Positions 41,418 to 55,423 of a stretch of DNA of 64,000 bases are shown piece by piece. The position numbers and the translations under genes were made by a program. How positions within the stretch are numbered: the first letter of the stretch is position 1; each line of letters begins with the position of its first letter. The notes beneath the pieces were generated by a model, which ran no database searches, had not been told where the DNA came from, and was given only the letters and a program-made list of their open reading frames with translations. Location of the stretch: positions 49,788,001 to 49,852,000 of the forward strand of contig CM052817.1 in NCBI GenBank assembly GCA_028534125.1. Reading direction: 5' to 3'. The DNA is from Lama glama. Lineage: Eukaryota.

Positions 41418-41724
41418 TATTATGAACTGAATTGTGTCCCCTCAAACTTCATATATTGAAGTCCTAACAGCTGATACCTCAAAATGTTACTGTATTTCGA
41501 GATAGGATCGCTAAAGAGGTAATTAGGTTATAAGATATGTCATTAGGGTAAACCCCAATCTAATATGACTGCTGTTTTATAAGAGGAAATTAAAACATAG
41601 ATATGTGCAGAGAGAAGACAATGTGTTGCCATAAGGAGAAAAAGTCATCTATAAGCCAAGGACAGATGCCTCAGAGGAAACCAAACATACTGAAACATTG
41701 ATCTCAGACTTCTAGCCTCCAGAA
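41418..41724 (+). mobile_element. MLT1 (MaLR) LTR, 3'-truncated
   Basis: CTGAATTGTGTCCCCTCAAA...TTGATCTCAGACTTCTAGCCTCCAGAA. Confidence 0.8.
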
Positions 41725-41759
41725 GCCTTCTGAAGGGTCTTTTGATTAAAGTATTAAAA

Positions 41760-44700
41760 GGCAGACCTGAGCCCTAAAATAGTCGTAGTTACTTTAGATG
41801 TAAATAGTCTAAGTATACCATTAAAAGACAAATATTAATAGCATGGATTAAAAAATATATCCCAATCATATGTTGTCTATAAGAATCTGACTTTAAATTA
41901 AACAATATAGGTAGATTTATAGTAAAAAGTTTACAAAACAGCCTATCATGTAACATTATTTAAAGCATTACTCAAAGGAAAGCAGAAGGTGGCTATATTA
42001 ACACTGGATAAAGAAGTAGACTTCAGAGCAAAGAAAATTACCAGAGTGGGTAATTTACAATAATAAAAGAGTCAATCCACCATGACAACATACCAATCCT
42101 AAAACTGTATGTACCAAACAGAGCAGCAAAATATGTGAAGAAAAAAACAAAATAAATAAAAAATTCAAAATTATAGGCTTCAACATTGCTTTCTAAATTG
42201 TTGAACATCTATACAGGAAAACAAGATATAGAATAACTCAACAGTGCCATCATCAACAGGCCCTTAGTGTTTACAGAAAATTCCAACAACAGCAAGACAT
42301 GTTCTTTTTAAGGGCCCATGGACCATGTGGCAATATATATCATATTCAGTGCCATGAAACAAAATTGAACAAATTTAAAAGAATTGAAGAATCATATATA
42401 GTATGTTTTACAACCACAGTGGAACCAAACTAGAAGTCAGTTTTTAAAAAAGGAATATCTCAAAACACTTGGAAACTCAACAGCACATTCCTAAGTAATC
42501 CATAGATCAAAGAGAAATTCTCAGTGGAAGTTTAAAAAAAAATACATAGAATGAAAATGTAAACGAACACATTGAATTTGTAAGAAATAGCTGTAACAGT
42601 GGTGAAATGGAAACTTATAGCATTAAACGCATGCATTAGAAAGGAGTAAAATCTCAAATCAATAAGCTCCCACTGCAAGAACTTAGAGTAAAAGAGCAGC
42701 AGAAGGATGGAAATAACAAAGATAAGCACAAAATTAATGAAATGAAAACAGAAAAATAAGAAAAAATAAAACAAAATAATGGTTCTTAGAAAATATCAAT
42801 AAAATTGGCAAGCCTCTGGAAAACTGACAAAAAAGAGAAAACAAAAACTACCAATCTCAGGAATTAAACAGGGGCTATATATAGCTACATACATGTAAAC
42901 ATCAAAAGGATAAGGGAATACTACCAAAAACTGTACACAGATAAATTTGACAATTTAGACAAAATTGACCAATTTTTTGAAAATCACAAACTATCCCAAC
43001 TCAAACAATATGAAATAGATCACTTGAACAGACTCATAACTATTAAGGAGATTGAAACTGGAATTTAAACATACACCCATTAAAAAATCTAGTGTGGTTT
43101 ATGCCAGGGGTGCAAGGCTGTTTCAATATTTTTTAAAAAGTAATATATCCACCGTATTAACAAACTAAAGAAGAAAAGTCACATATCACTGTATGTCAAA
43201 AAGCATTTGACAAGATTCAACACTATTTCATGACAAAAACTCTAGGAAAAATAGGAATAGAGAGAAACTTTCTCAACTTGAAAACAACATCTGTAAAAAA
43301 CTTACAGATAGCATAATTAATGGTGAAAGACTAAATGCTTTCCCACTAATATCAGGCATAAGACAAAAATGTCCACTCTCACGACCCTTATTTAATATAC
43401 TGATAGAAGTTTTGGCCAGAGCAATCAGATAAAAAAAGGAAATAAAAAGCATACAGATTAGATAGTGAGAAATAAAACTGACACTATTTGTCAATGGCAG
43501 ATTGTCTACATAGAAAATCCCAAGGAATCTTGAAGAAAAAATAAAAAACAGAAATTCCTAGAACTAAAAAGTGAGTTCAACAAGTCATAGGATGCAGGAT
43601 AAACTGAAAAAATAGATTGTGTCTCTATATACTAGCAATGAATAATGGACTTTGAAATTAAAACATAATACCATTTACAGTTGCTAAAAAAAAGAGAAAG
43701 GACTTTAAATGTAAATCTAACTAAATATTTATAGGATTCGTATCCTGAAAACTACACAACACTGAAGGAAGAAATCAAAGATCTAATCAAATGGAAAGAC
43801 TATGTTCATCGATTAGAAGACTCAGCATAACAAAGATGTTAATTATCTCCAAGTTGATATACAGTTTTACTGCAGTGCCTATCAAAATCCGATCAAGGTT
43901 TTTGTTTAGATATACACAAGATTATTTAAAGTTTATGTAGGCAAGCAAAGAAACTAGAAAGCTAAAAACACATTTTCACAAAAAAGATGGAGTGGCAGGA
44001 ATCAGTCTACCTGATTTTAAGACATTATATAGCCACAGTAATGGAGATTGGGTAGTATTGAAGGAAAAAAAGACACAGATCAGAACAGAAGAGAACTCAG
44101 AAATAGACCCATGTAAATATGCCCAACTGATTTTTGACAAGGGAACAAAAGCAAGTCCATGGAGGAAAGATACCCTTTTCAGCAAATGGTGTTGGAGCTA
44201 TTAGCCGTCCAAAGGAACAGAAATTAACTTCAACCTAAGATTCTTACCTCATATCAAAGTTAATTGTCCGTGAATTATGGCATAAAATACATACAGTTTT
44301 TAGAGCAAAAAAGTCAGAGAAAATTTGGCATCTAGGTCTAGGCAGAGTTCTTAGATTTGACACCAAAAATACGATCCATAGGAGAAAAATTTGAGAAATT
44401 GGACTTCATCAAAATTTAAAAATTTTTCTCTGTGGAAAGCTATTAAGAAGGTGAAAAGACAAGCTTAGAAACTGGGGGGAAATTATTTGTAAAACACAAA
44501 TTCTACAAAGGACTAGTATATAGAGTATATAAGCAATTCTCAAAACTCAATGATTAAAAAAAGGACAATCCAATTATTAAATAGACAGAAGATATAAACA
44601 GACATTTCAGAGAATAGAGGATAACAAGCACACATGTAAAAATGTTCATCATTAGTCAATGCAAATTAAAACCAAGAGAGATATCTCTGCATCCCTATCA

Positions 44701-45450
44701 GAATGGTTAAAATTAGTGATAAGAAATGTTGACAAGGATGCAAAGAAGCTGGATCACTTACGCATTGCTGGTAGAAATACAAAATGTTGCAGTGACTCTG
44801 GAAAACAGTTTGGCAGTTTCTTAAAAAGTTAAACATACAACTACCATATGACTTAGCAGTTGCACCTCTGGACATTTATCCCAAACAAATGAAGACATAT
44901 TCATGCAAAAACTCCTATGTATATAGCACCTTTATTCCTAACAGCCAAAACATGCAAACGATCCAGATGTCATTCAGTGAGTAAATGATTAAACAAACTG
45001 TAGTGCATCTATACTATGAATTACTTCTCAATTTAATTTTTTTTAAAAAAGGACTATTGATAATATATAACAATCTGAATGAATTGCCAGAGAATTTTGC
45101 TGAGTAAGAACAAAATTCAAAAGGTTTCACATTTTATTATTCCATTTATATAACATTCTTGAAATAAAACTGTACAAAAGAAGAACACATTAGTGGTTGC
45201 CAGGATTAAGGAGGGCAGTGGGACTGGAGGCAAATGGATGTGACTTAAAAAAGGGCAACACGAGGGACCTTTGTATGAAAATCTTGCTATCTTAGTATCT
45301 TGGCTGTATCAATGTTAACATCCTGGTTATAATACTGTTTTGCAATTTTTACCATTGGGGAAAACTGGATGAAATGTATGAGGGATCTCTCTGTATTATT
45401 TCTTACAACTGCATGAGAGTCTAATTATCATGAACTAAAATGTTTAAAAT
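41760..45450 (+). mobile_element. Degenerate L1 (L1MC-like) ORF2 + 3' UTR in TMPRSS11C intron 1
   Basis: Runs from an endonuclease-start remnant through RT/C-terminal remnants (GISLPDFKTLY, EIDPCKYAQLIFDKGTK, TLFSKWCW) to an L1MC-type 3' UTR. Many stops and frameshifts, and an apparent internal deletion near 43090. Confidence 0.9.
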
Positions 45451-45479
45451 ATTTGAAAAATACACACACTTCTCTTAGG

Positions 45480-45995
45480 TAGAACATCCAATAGGACAAC
45501 AGACCCAGTACCTTCAATAAGTCAGTATACAAAAAATCTTAGAAAGGAAGCAGAGTATGCAAGTTATTCTAGATTAAAAGAGACATAAGAGAAATAATAA
45601 CCAAATGTAATGTGAAGCTTTTGATTTGATTTCTGTTCAACAACAACAACAGCAAATTGTAAAAGGCATTTTGAGGACATTCTGAGAAAAAGAAACACTT
45701 GAATATGAACTTGGTATTAGAGTATATTAAGGAATTATTGCTAATTTCATTAGAGATGATAATGGTAATTTTTTCAATGCCCTTATTTTTTGGATGGAAA
45801 AAATCTAAAGTGATTTTTCCTTTGTGAATGTCATTATATAATTATTTTTCTATGACTATTTTAAATTGCTTCAGAAAAATAGATGAACTCTTGCAAAATG
45901 TCCACAGTTTTTAAATCTATGTGATGGATAAATTGAGGTTTATTAAACTATTCTCTCTACTTTTAAATATATTTTAAATCATCCATATTAAAATA
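45480..45995 (+). mobile_element. Old L1MC-like 3' UTR fragment
   Basis: AGATTAAAAGAGACATAAGAGAAATAATAACCAAATGTAATGTG. Confidence 0.55.
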
Positions 45996-47512
45996 AAACC
46001 TCTCTTGATCCCATTTCCTTCACCATGTATATACTCCCACTTCTTTACTCACCTTTTCAGCAAAATCTTTGAAAGTGATCAGTGGTCACTGTCTCTAACT
46101 CCTCTGCTTCCATTCTCTTTCAAACCATCTCTAACCATTCTCATGCCCCTTCCACTCCTAAAACTTATTGCACAAAGTCACCAATTACCTCTATAATGCT
46201 AATCCAATGGTCGATTTTCAGTACTCACTTGCTCTTCTTATTTATGAGCCATCAGCAACATCTGACACATTTGATCCCTTATCTAATCCTTCATGCACTT
46301 CTGTTGGCTCCCAGGACATCACTTTCTCTTGATTTTCCTGCTACTCACTGTTGCGTCCTCTCAGTCTCCTTTCCTTAGTCTTTCTCTTCTCCTTGATCTC
46401 TTAACATGGGAGTGTTTCAGCAGCCATCTCTTGGTCTCCTTCTCTAGCTACACTTACTTCCTTGATAATCTCATCTAGTCCCAGAGCCTAATCTATATGT
46501 TGAGGAATGTCAAATGTATATCACCAGCCCAGACCTCTATCCCAAACCCCAGACTTGCATATCCAACTTGCATCTCCACTTGGATGACTAGTGAACATCT
46601 AAAGCATAAAACTGAACACATAATCATTCCCTCAAAACCTGCTGTATCAACAGCCTTCCCATCTTTGATGATAACTTCCTCCTTCACATCCTCAAGCTGA
46701 AGAACTGGAAATCATCCTTGACACCTTTTTTCCACTCGCATTCCACCAATTAATCAGAAACTCCTATCAACTCTATATTCAAAATATATTCAAACTTCAA
46801 CCCCTTCTCATTTCCTCCCCCTCCACAACTCTGTGCCAAGCCAACTTCATCTTGTGCTTCAATTATTATAATCATTTTTACTCTTGTTTCTCTTTTTACC
46901 ACCCTTATTCTCTATAATTAACTTTCCACAAACCAGTCAGAGGGATCTCATTAAGAAATTAAGCCAAATTATCACAGTCTTCTGCCTAAAACCCTCCAAA
47001 GCTCACATTTAACTCAGAGGAAAAGAAAAGCCAAAATTATTACAATAACCTACAAGTCCCTAGATGGTCTGGGCCCTGTTACCACTAAGAATTACTCCCT
47101 TACTACTTTTCCCCTCATTCACTGCTCTAGCCACACTGCCCTCCCAACATGCCCCTTCCTTCAGGGCCTTTATAGAGTTGTTCCCTCTGCCTGGAACATT
47201 CCAGTTATCTGTACAGCTAACACCATCATCTGTTTCCAGTCTATTCGGATTTTTCCTTCTCAGTAGGCCTTATCTGACCACTCTGTTTAATTTTGTATCT
47301 CACAGACCCACATTCCTGATCTTCTTCACCTATTTCTACTTTTCCTACAGCACTTAATATCTTTTTACCAGTTATGTATTTTATGTATTAATTATACTTT
47401 GTTTGCTGTCTGTCTCTCCCTCAATAAAATGTAATCTCCATAAAGAAAGAGATCTTTGTTCCTACAACTGTGTCTAGTAGGTCATCTATAAATATTTGCT
47501 GAATGAGTGAAT
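45996..47512 (+). mobile_element. L2 element 3' region
   Basis: CCAGCCCAGACCTCT...ATATCCAACTTGCATCTCCACTTGGATG, ending in AAATATTTGCTGAATGAGTGAAT. Confidence 0.8.
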
Positions 47513-47728
47513 ATTTAGTATTATATTATTTATATGTACTGAAAAATAAGCAGGACAAATATTAATTCACTAGTTTTACATATTGATTTCCAGGCTCAGC
47601 AATCCATTGAATCCATAATTAATGTAAAACAATACATTTTTAGACTTAATATTAAGTCCCTATTTACTTCTGAGAGTATCCTGTATTTTGCTCATATTAA
47701 CAATTGCTTCCCTGTCCTTTCTGCCCAG

Positions 47729-47847
47729 AAGACCAGAATCAAACACAAAAATGAAACTCACAAGGTGTGGAAAGATTACCTTGGGTATATTAATGATGGT
47801 TATTGCTGCAGTAATCATTGGACTGATTGTTTATTTTGTCACTTACG
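47729..47847 (+). CDS. TMPRSS11C: TMPRSS11C exon 2 (transmembrane helix)
   Basis: Pyrimidine tract + CAG (alternative AAG 3 nt further) and GTGAGT donor. RPESNTKMKLTRCGKITLGILMMVIAAVIIGLIVYFVTY, matching recalled mouse KLTRCGKITLGIL. Position downstream of 11D agrees with known cluster order. Confidence 0.9.
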
Positions 47848-50800
47848 GTGAGTACTCAGTATGTCTGACTCTTTAATCCCACAGAATTATTGGTTCTATC
47901 ATTGGAAAAATTAGGAATTTTGAAAATGAGAGAAAGAAAGGAATCAGACAAGATTATTAGACAGAGAGAATTTCTTATGTTTAAGACATTTAAAGAGACT
48001 GTTATTTAGAGACCTTTGGTTCAGGGCATACTAAACCCAAAGATTTGGTGTATTCTTCTTTTTTTTTTTTAACTCCTGGTAAAGATTTAGGTTCTGGGAA
48101 TACATTACTAAATCAAGTAGTCACAGTCCCTACCTTTGCTGAACTTACAACTTTCTGAAGAGATAATCAGTGAGTTATCAAAAAGCCTTGAATATGAGAT
48201 TCTAAACTAAGATTTCTTATTCCAAAGCCTGTAATTTTTTCTCTATACAGAATTCTCTTCTTATAAAATTCTTTCTAGACAGAAGAGTATTCCCTATTAC
48301 TGAGGGATGAAATTTAAAAGATCTGTACAAGTTTTTCTATATATTTTGTATACAATAAAAAAAATTACGGTATCCTCAAGATCGATTTTTCTTAAAAATA
48401 GCTCTTTGTCCAAGTTCTCTGTCCTATTTTTATTACTTTCTTTAATCCACCCTTTCCTATCCTTTTTAAGGATGAGGGCCTTTTTATAGGAAAAAAATTT
48501 TTTTCCTATGTTCACACAAGAAAATACTTTGTTGATTACAAAATAATGACAAATAAGGAATATAAATTTAGTAATTCTTTTAAGTTAACCTATAATAAAT
48601 CACAGCTACATATGTTTGAAAATCAGTAATACATATATGTACAAAAATCCTTTATTAAGTCTAAGTTCAATTCCTGGTATAGATATAATTTTCCCTAGAA
48701 TCATCTTCTGCCACCCTACTTTTATCCTGTATAATTCATGGCCTACAAAATGGGAACTACTGCTTTTTAAACCATGGCAGTATTTTCTGGAAAAATACAT
48801 TTAGAAAGGAGGCTTTCTGGCTAAATAAACATCCATTTCAGTTTTTATAAAAGGAAAAGGTTTTACATAGAGTGAAATAGAATTGTACACAGTGGAGTAA
48901 AGAGGCCATCTCCCCTTGGGAGTAAGACTAAGTGTCTTAATACTATCTGTTTCATCTTCCATAGACAGAGGCTGTTTGTGTGAACAGTCTTTAGGTAGAT
49001 TATAATGCCAGCTGTTCCCTGGCCAAACCAAGAGTCATAGTTGTAGCATATGTCTATAAACCTCTGAGTAAGAGGTGCTCACTCAAGACACAGAATTTGC
49101 TGCCTTTCATCAAAGGTGTAAAAGTGCCAGAAACTGGAGTTAAGAAAAGGATATTTGAAGCAGTTATCTTTGGAGATAGGTGTGCTGTGATTTCTCATAC
49201 AACACAGCCACCCTGATATGTGAAGAATGGGTGATGTTTTCCCCTTTACTTCAAACTGAGAGATGGCCCTTGGAAGAGAGACCATTATGACCCTAAGAAG
49301 ACTTGCAGATCCTAAAAAACAGTGCACTGGAATCTGACTCACACATGGAATATTCAAAGGGCAAGAAGCTTGTTGCTTGTTTAGCAAAGTGAAGAGGAGG
49401 TGGTACCCTTGGGCAGTTTGAACAACTGAAGTCTCCGAGACAAATAATGCATAAAATGTTTGCTATGAAACACATATAGACCACCCAGAACAAAACCCCA
49501 TCACCTTAGGTCCTTCATAAGAGGCCACCTTGAAGGGTGATCAGATCTTAAGTTAAGGAGTGGGAAATATCTCCAGCTGCCTAAATGCTGAGGAATGAGT
49601 AAACTCAATCTGGAACTGTTACAACTAAGGGAACTATAGTTGATAAGTCTCCAGCAGTGAGTGGAAAAGGAACGTCAAAGTTCAGGAGGAAAAAAAAACT
49701 AGAAATGAGTAAGTTTTAAATAGGTACTAAATTACTAGAGCACAAAAGCTAGATGCCCAGTTCTCAACCATTGAAGTAACCACCTAGAGGGGTCCAAATC
49801 CAGCTAATTAAGTAGAAAAGGAGGACTAGCAGGACTAAGTGAGTAAAGAGCTTGAAAAGGGAAATATCTCAACTTTAAATCAAGTTCCAATTTTGATTAT
49901 TAGAGTAGACCTGGGTGTTTTAATTTCTAAATGGAGATCATGTTTTGTGATATATATGTGTGACCATAAGACTTTTTAATACTAAAGAATTAAAATAAAA
50001 TTGTTTTATGGTTATATCCTATGAAGTATATGTGTTTGAAATACCAGTTTATACATATTAGTATGTAATACAAATATATACCTTATATATTATATGCATA
50101 TTATTGCATATATTTTATATATAATATATAATATACATAATCACCACCTGCAGTTTATTCTAAAACAATTAGATACAGATATTTTCAGTGGGCCTAGGAC
50201 AAATTACTTATGTGAGAAATGAATATGAGTTCTAATATATTTAAGACTCACTCTTAGAGTTAGTCATGGTAATATCTATTACTGAGAAATTATAAGCTTT
50301 AATGGCTTATAAAAATTTCTAAAAAGGGAAAAATCCAAAATTAAATACTTCTGCATCAGAAAAATAAGTAATTTTTGTTAATAAGTAGGTTTTCTCAAGT
50401 CATAGTAAACCTGTAGAAACAGGAATAGAATCTCCTGGACTGGATAAAGTACTTCAGTGGGGCTTCCAAAGTCCTAGATTTTTCCTTGACTTTTTAAAAG
50501 TTATTGGTTTTCACCTTAAGGCCACCTACCTGCTGCTACAATATCTTGTAACAACTAAAAAATTAAATCAGAAAGATCTTTTTAAGTATCTATATGTTTG
50601 TCACTAAATAAACAATAAGCAAATTTAATTCTTTTTATCCAGATGCTTTGGCATCATTTAGAGGCAGCCCCATGATGCTCTTCTTTTGAATGAGGCCTCC
50701 AGCACTGTTTTAAAATTTTCTAGTTCACTATCCTGGACACAAAACGTGCAAGCGACTAGCCATCTCCTCACAATAACTATTTCATTTGGGCCAGTAACTA

Positions 50801-50940
50801 GTTAAAAAAGGGCAGTTAGACAAACCAAAGCAAAGCACAAGTATTCACTCCATAACACCTACCTTTTTCTACTTTACATAACCCTATGTGATGAAAATGT
50901 TGTGTTGTCTATTTGGTTAACTTTTTAAAAGATGATAAAC

Positions 50941-50974
50941 AGATAGGTAGATAGACAGATAGATAGATAGATAG
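50941..50974. repeat. (AGAT)n imperfect microsatellite
   Basis: Read directly from the sequence. Confidence 0.9.
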
Positions 50975-51161
50975 CCTTATTCTTTCTCCCATCCTCTCCG
51001 AAACTGGACACAGATTCAACTTAACAAGCCATTTACTGGGTGAATACCATGTACATAATGGCAGGTAGTGGCTGGGCGTTATAATGGGAGTATAGCAGTA
51101 ATGGAGGAGAGTTTCTGGAGCGTCTCTCTAGTCCTTGTCCTAAAGTGCTCAGCGTCTAGAG

Positions 51162-51478
51162 CAGGGTCAACACACTTTTCCTGTAAAGGCCAGACAGTAT
51201 ATATTTTCCTCTCTCTGGGCCACCATAGTCTTTATTAGAACGACTTGAGACTACTGTTGTGATGCTGAAGTAGCCAATATGTAAACAAGTGAATGTAGTA
51301 GCTCTTTTCCAATAAAACTTTATTTATGGTCACTGAAATTTGAATTTCAATAATTTTCACATGTCACAAAATACTCTTTTGACTGTTTTCAACTTTTAAG
51401 AAATGTAGAAAACCTTATTAGCTCACAGGCCATACAAAACTAGGCAGCAGGCTACATTTAATAGTTTGCTGATCCCTG
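51162..51478. mobile_element. MER58-like hAT/Charlie DNA transposon
   Basis: CAGGG...CCCTG termini, 8-bp near-TSD GTCTAGAG/ATCTAAAG and internal AAAACTTTATTTATGG...GAAATTTGAATTTCA. Confidence 0.8.
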
Positions 51479-51637
51479 ATCTAAAGTAATACATTTTAAC
51501 CCTGACTGCATCGTAGCACAGTAGGATTGAAGGAGCCTGGGTCCCTGACACCTTAAAGTGACATACTGAACCTGGGTTACTGACCTCTGAACTTATTTGT
51601 CTCTGAGTCTCGTATGTGTACCTGTCTCCCTTTAGAT

Positions 51638-51800
51638 CACTGGTTCTCAACCTTGGCTGGACATCAGTACCACCTGGGGAGTTTTTATAGTTACAATTTC
51701 CATTCCAGACAGCATCTTTGAGTGGAGCTTGTGTACGAGTATTTTTGAAACAGCTTTCCAGGTGATTCTAAGGTACAGCCATGGAGGGAATTGCTCAAGA
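51638..51800. mobile_element. MER5-like DNA transposon
   Basis: GGTTCTCAACCTTGGCTG...CCAGGTGATTCTAAGGTACAGCC. Confidence 0.7.
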
Positions 51801-52581
51801 CACATCAGAAGTCTCAATGGAGAAAACAAAGAGAAGGCTCTGGAATATAGGGGAGAAGTGTTCTAAAGAGCTAAACTTGACTGTCACAGGAATTAAAAAA
51901 AGAAGTTGAAAACAAACTTAGTAGGCAGAAACGCCAGAGGTACAGAAGTAAAATTTTACATCTTCTAAAACCATGGCATTTCAAGAGGTAAGGAGGACAT
52001 AGTCCCTGACCAAGGGCACAACATTTACCTTAGAATCTGCTATTTCTTCCTCTTCCTCTTTCTCCTCTAGGTTCATTCCTGAGGTAAGATTATGTGGGTA
52101 AATAACACCTGCATCTTAAGAATTTGCCTTAAAGGCACTGGCACAGATGCTTTACCTGCTTCACCATGGCCACAGACAGAAGGGCCTTGAAATTCAGGAA
52201 ACTCCACTCTTCCCTGTCTCAGAAGAGATTCAGGAACAATGAGTTCCTGTATGGAGAACAAGCTTTGAGTTTCTCCTTCCCTGTCTTTCAGGGACCCTCC
52301 CTTCCCACAGATACCCCAATATTCTGCTCCACAATAGCTAATGTAGGCTGCACTGACCTGCCTCTACCAGACCCACATCCAGCAGACCCTGTTATCTTCC
52401 CTTGAAACAAAGCCTGGACTCAACTCTCATAAATATGCTTGAGAGCCCTCATACCTAACTCTGACCTCACCTTGGAATCACCTGGAGCACTTAAAACAAC
52501 ATCGATGTTCCCCCTGAGACCGATTGACAGAATCTATAGGAAAGGGCATAAATAATGATAGTTCTTAAAAATCCACATGGG

Positions 52582-52741
52582 ATTTTTTTTAATTGAAGTA
52601 TAGTTGATTTACAACATTGTGTTAATTTCTGGTGTACAGCATGTGATTCATTTGTACAAATATATTTATATATCCTTCATATTCTTTTTCACTATAGGTT
52701 ATGAGAAGCTGTTGACTATAGTTCCCTATGCTATACAGTAG
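52582..52741 (-). mobile_element. L1 3' tail
   Basis: T tract + AATTGAAGTATAGTTGATTTACAACATTGTGTTAATTTCTGGTGTACAGC. Confidence 0.75.
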
Positions 52742-52879
52742 TCCAAGAAGTTAATAAAACCTAATACTGTCTTAATGCCCTAGATTTTCAACCCCAATTT
52801 CCTAATAGAAAAATTAAAAGCTGTACAGTATTTATGAATAAAAATATATAATAATAAAAACATTATATGTTCCTTTGGA

Positions 52880-54515
52880 ATTTTCTTTTTGCAGCTTTAT
52901 TGAGATATAATTGACATGTAACATTGTGTAAGTTGAAGGTGTACAATGAGTTGATTTGATACAATTACATACTGAAAAATTGTTACCACCATACACTTAT
53001 ATATTACAAAATGATTACCACAAGATACTTATATATTATTTCAGATGTTTCATTGTTGTTGTATAGAAGCACAGCTGACTTTGTATCTGGCAACTTTAGT
53101 GACTCAATTAGTTTTAAGAATTTTTTTTGGTGGAATCTATATGATTTATCTACATATGAGTGCATTCAGATGCAAATAATGACAATTTCCTTCTTCCTTT
53201 TTGATTTGGATGCCTTTTATTTCTTTCTCTCCTCTGACTGCTCTGGCTAGGACTTCCAGTACTATGTTGAATAAGAGTTTTGAGAGTGGGCATCCTTATC
53301 TTAATCCTGACCTTGGAGAAAAAATTTTCAACCTTTCACCCTTGATCATGATACTGGCTGTAAGTTTGTCATATATGGCCTTTATTATGTTAAGGTTTGT
53401 TCCTTTCAGACCCAATGGGTTTTTATAACATGAAAGGATGTTGTATTTTGTCAGATGCTTTTTCTACATCTCTTGAAATGATCACGTGATCTTTATTTTT
53501 CTGTGCTATCAGTAGAAAAGTCTCCTCTTTCATTTCTGACTTCAGTTGAGTCTTCTCCCTTTTTTTCTGTTAGTCCAGCCAGCACTGTGTTAATCTTGTC
53601 TATCTTTTCAAAAAAAAAAAACTTGATTTTTTGTATTATTTTTCTGGTCTCTATTTCATTTGTTTCTCCTCTGATTTTGTTATTTCCTTCTTTCTGGTGA
53701 CTTTGGGCTTAGTTTGTTCTTCTTTACCTAGCTCCTGTAGGTGTAAATTTAGGCTTTTCATTTGAGATCTCGCTTTTGTCTTAATGTAGCTGTTTGTCAC
53801 TATAAAATAACCTCCTAGAACTGTTTGGGGTCATCCCATAGATTTTAGTATGTTGTGTTTCCATTTTAATTTGTTTCAAGATATTTTTAAATTTTTTTTT
53901 CAATTTCTTCTTGGACCATTGGTTCTTCAGGAGTACGTTATTTAAATTCCATATATTTGTGAATTTCCCAGCTTTACTCCTGTTAGTGATTTCTAGTTTC
54001 ATTCAATTATGGTAAGAGAAGATAGTTGGTATGATTTCAACCTTCTTAAATTTTCTAAGATTTGTTTTGTGACGTGTCATATGATTTATCCTGGAAAATG
54101 TTCTGTGAGAAAATGTGTATTCTACTGCTGTTGGATGGAATGTTCTATATTTGTTTGTTAGGTCCATTTAGTCTAAAGTGTGGTTCAAACCAACATTTCT
54201 TTGTTGATTTTCTCTCTGGATGGTCCATCCATTATTGAAAATGGGCTACTGAAGTTTCCTACTATTATTGTATTGTATCTCTTTCTTTCTTTAGGTCTGT
54301 TAGTGTTTGCTTAATATATTTAGGTGCTCTGGTGTTAGATGCATCTATACTTCTGATTGCTATGTCTTCTTGATGAATTGATCCCTTTATATTATATAAT
54401 ATTATATATAGATTATATTATATCATATAATGTATATATGTAATATTATATAATGACCTTCTTTGCTTCTTATTACTATTTTTAGCTAAAAGTCTATTTT
54501 GTCTAAGTGAAGCTA
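52880..54515 (-). mobile_element. L1MA-like element, internally deleted
   Basis: Antisense L1 3' end followed by ORF2 remnants (ORF 53781..54002, MKLEITNRSKAGKFTNIWNLNNVLLKNQW). Confidence 0.85.
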
Positions 54516-55423
54516 CTTCAGCCTGAGTATTATTATTTTTGTCATCTTTGCCAGTGTAATCCAAACAAAATGCTATCTCATTTTACTTTGCTTTTTTTAT
54601 TATTTGTGAATGTATATGAAGGATTTTTCTAAATAACTAACTGTAACTACTCACATGAAGAATTTCATCAGAATGTTACAAAATGATTTTACCCCCCCTT
54701 CCCTTTCTTCTCCCTTCTTTCTCTTTCTCACCTCTTTCTTCCCCTTTCAGTCTCTCTTGCTCTCTCTCTGACCAACCCTTTCTTTCTCTTTTTTTCTCTC
54801 TCTCTCAACGTGCCTTCCCAGTCTATGGACTGCAGGGGTGCAATGGGACCTGAGGAAAGCTACAAGAAAAAATTTAATTCTACTATATTTGACATATTAA
54901 AATAATACTGTCCAGCCTCGCCCTCAACTTTTTCCTTCACTTCACTTTTCTAAAGTTGTACATTTGATTTCTTTGTTCTGTTTACTTAAATTGCAATACT
55001 TACAAGTCATGCCTCATTGTCCCTTCTCTTTTATTCATTTTAATTCCTAGGTACTTCATAAATGAAAAAAACCACTGATTTTCCTAAATGTCATCTGCAA
55101 TGACCAAAAAGACTAGAATAATTACCTATGCTTTAATATAATTTCATCTCAGAATAACATATCTGTCTTCAGATTGCCCAAACTTGAAAGTTGGCACATT
55201 GAAATTTTGCATTAAAAATTATGAATACATTCTTGGGCAAGGTTATAATTTAATAAACATATCAAAGTTATTTCAACAATCACTTAAGAATTAAGACTAT
55301 TTAAATGTTGAGTTACCTGAAATTTCATCAGAGTATTCTATTTCACATAATTTTGTTAAGAATGAAAACAGTTACATGATGACCAAAGTGAGAGCTATTT
55401 TTTCTTTTTTTTTTCCTTCTCAG

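Noticed and set aside
41760..45450. Active reverse-transcriptase element
   Set aside because: ORF2 is fragmented by stops, frameshifts and a deletion; an ancient relic.
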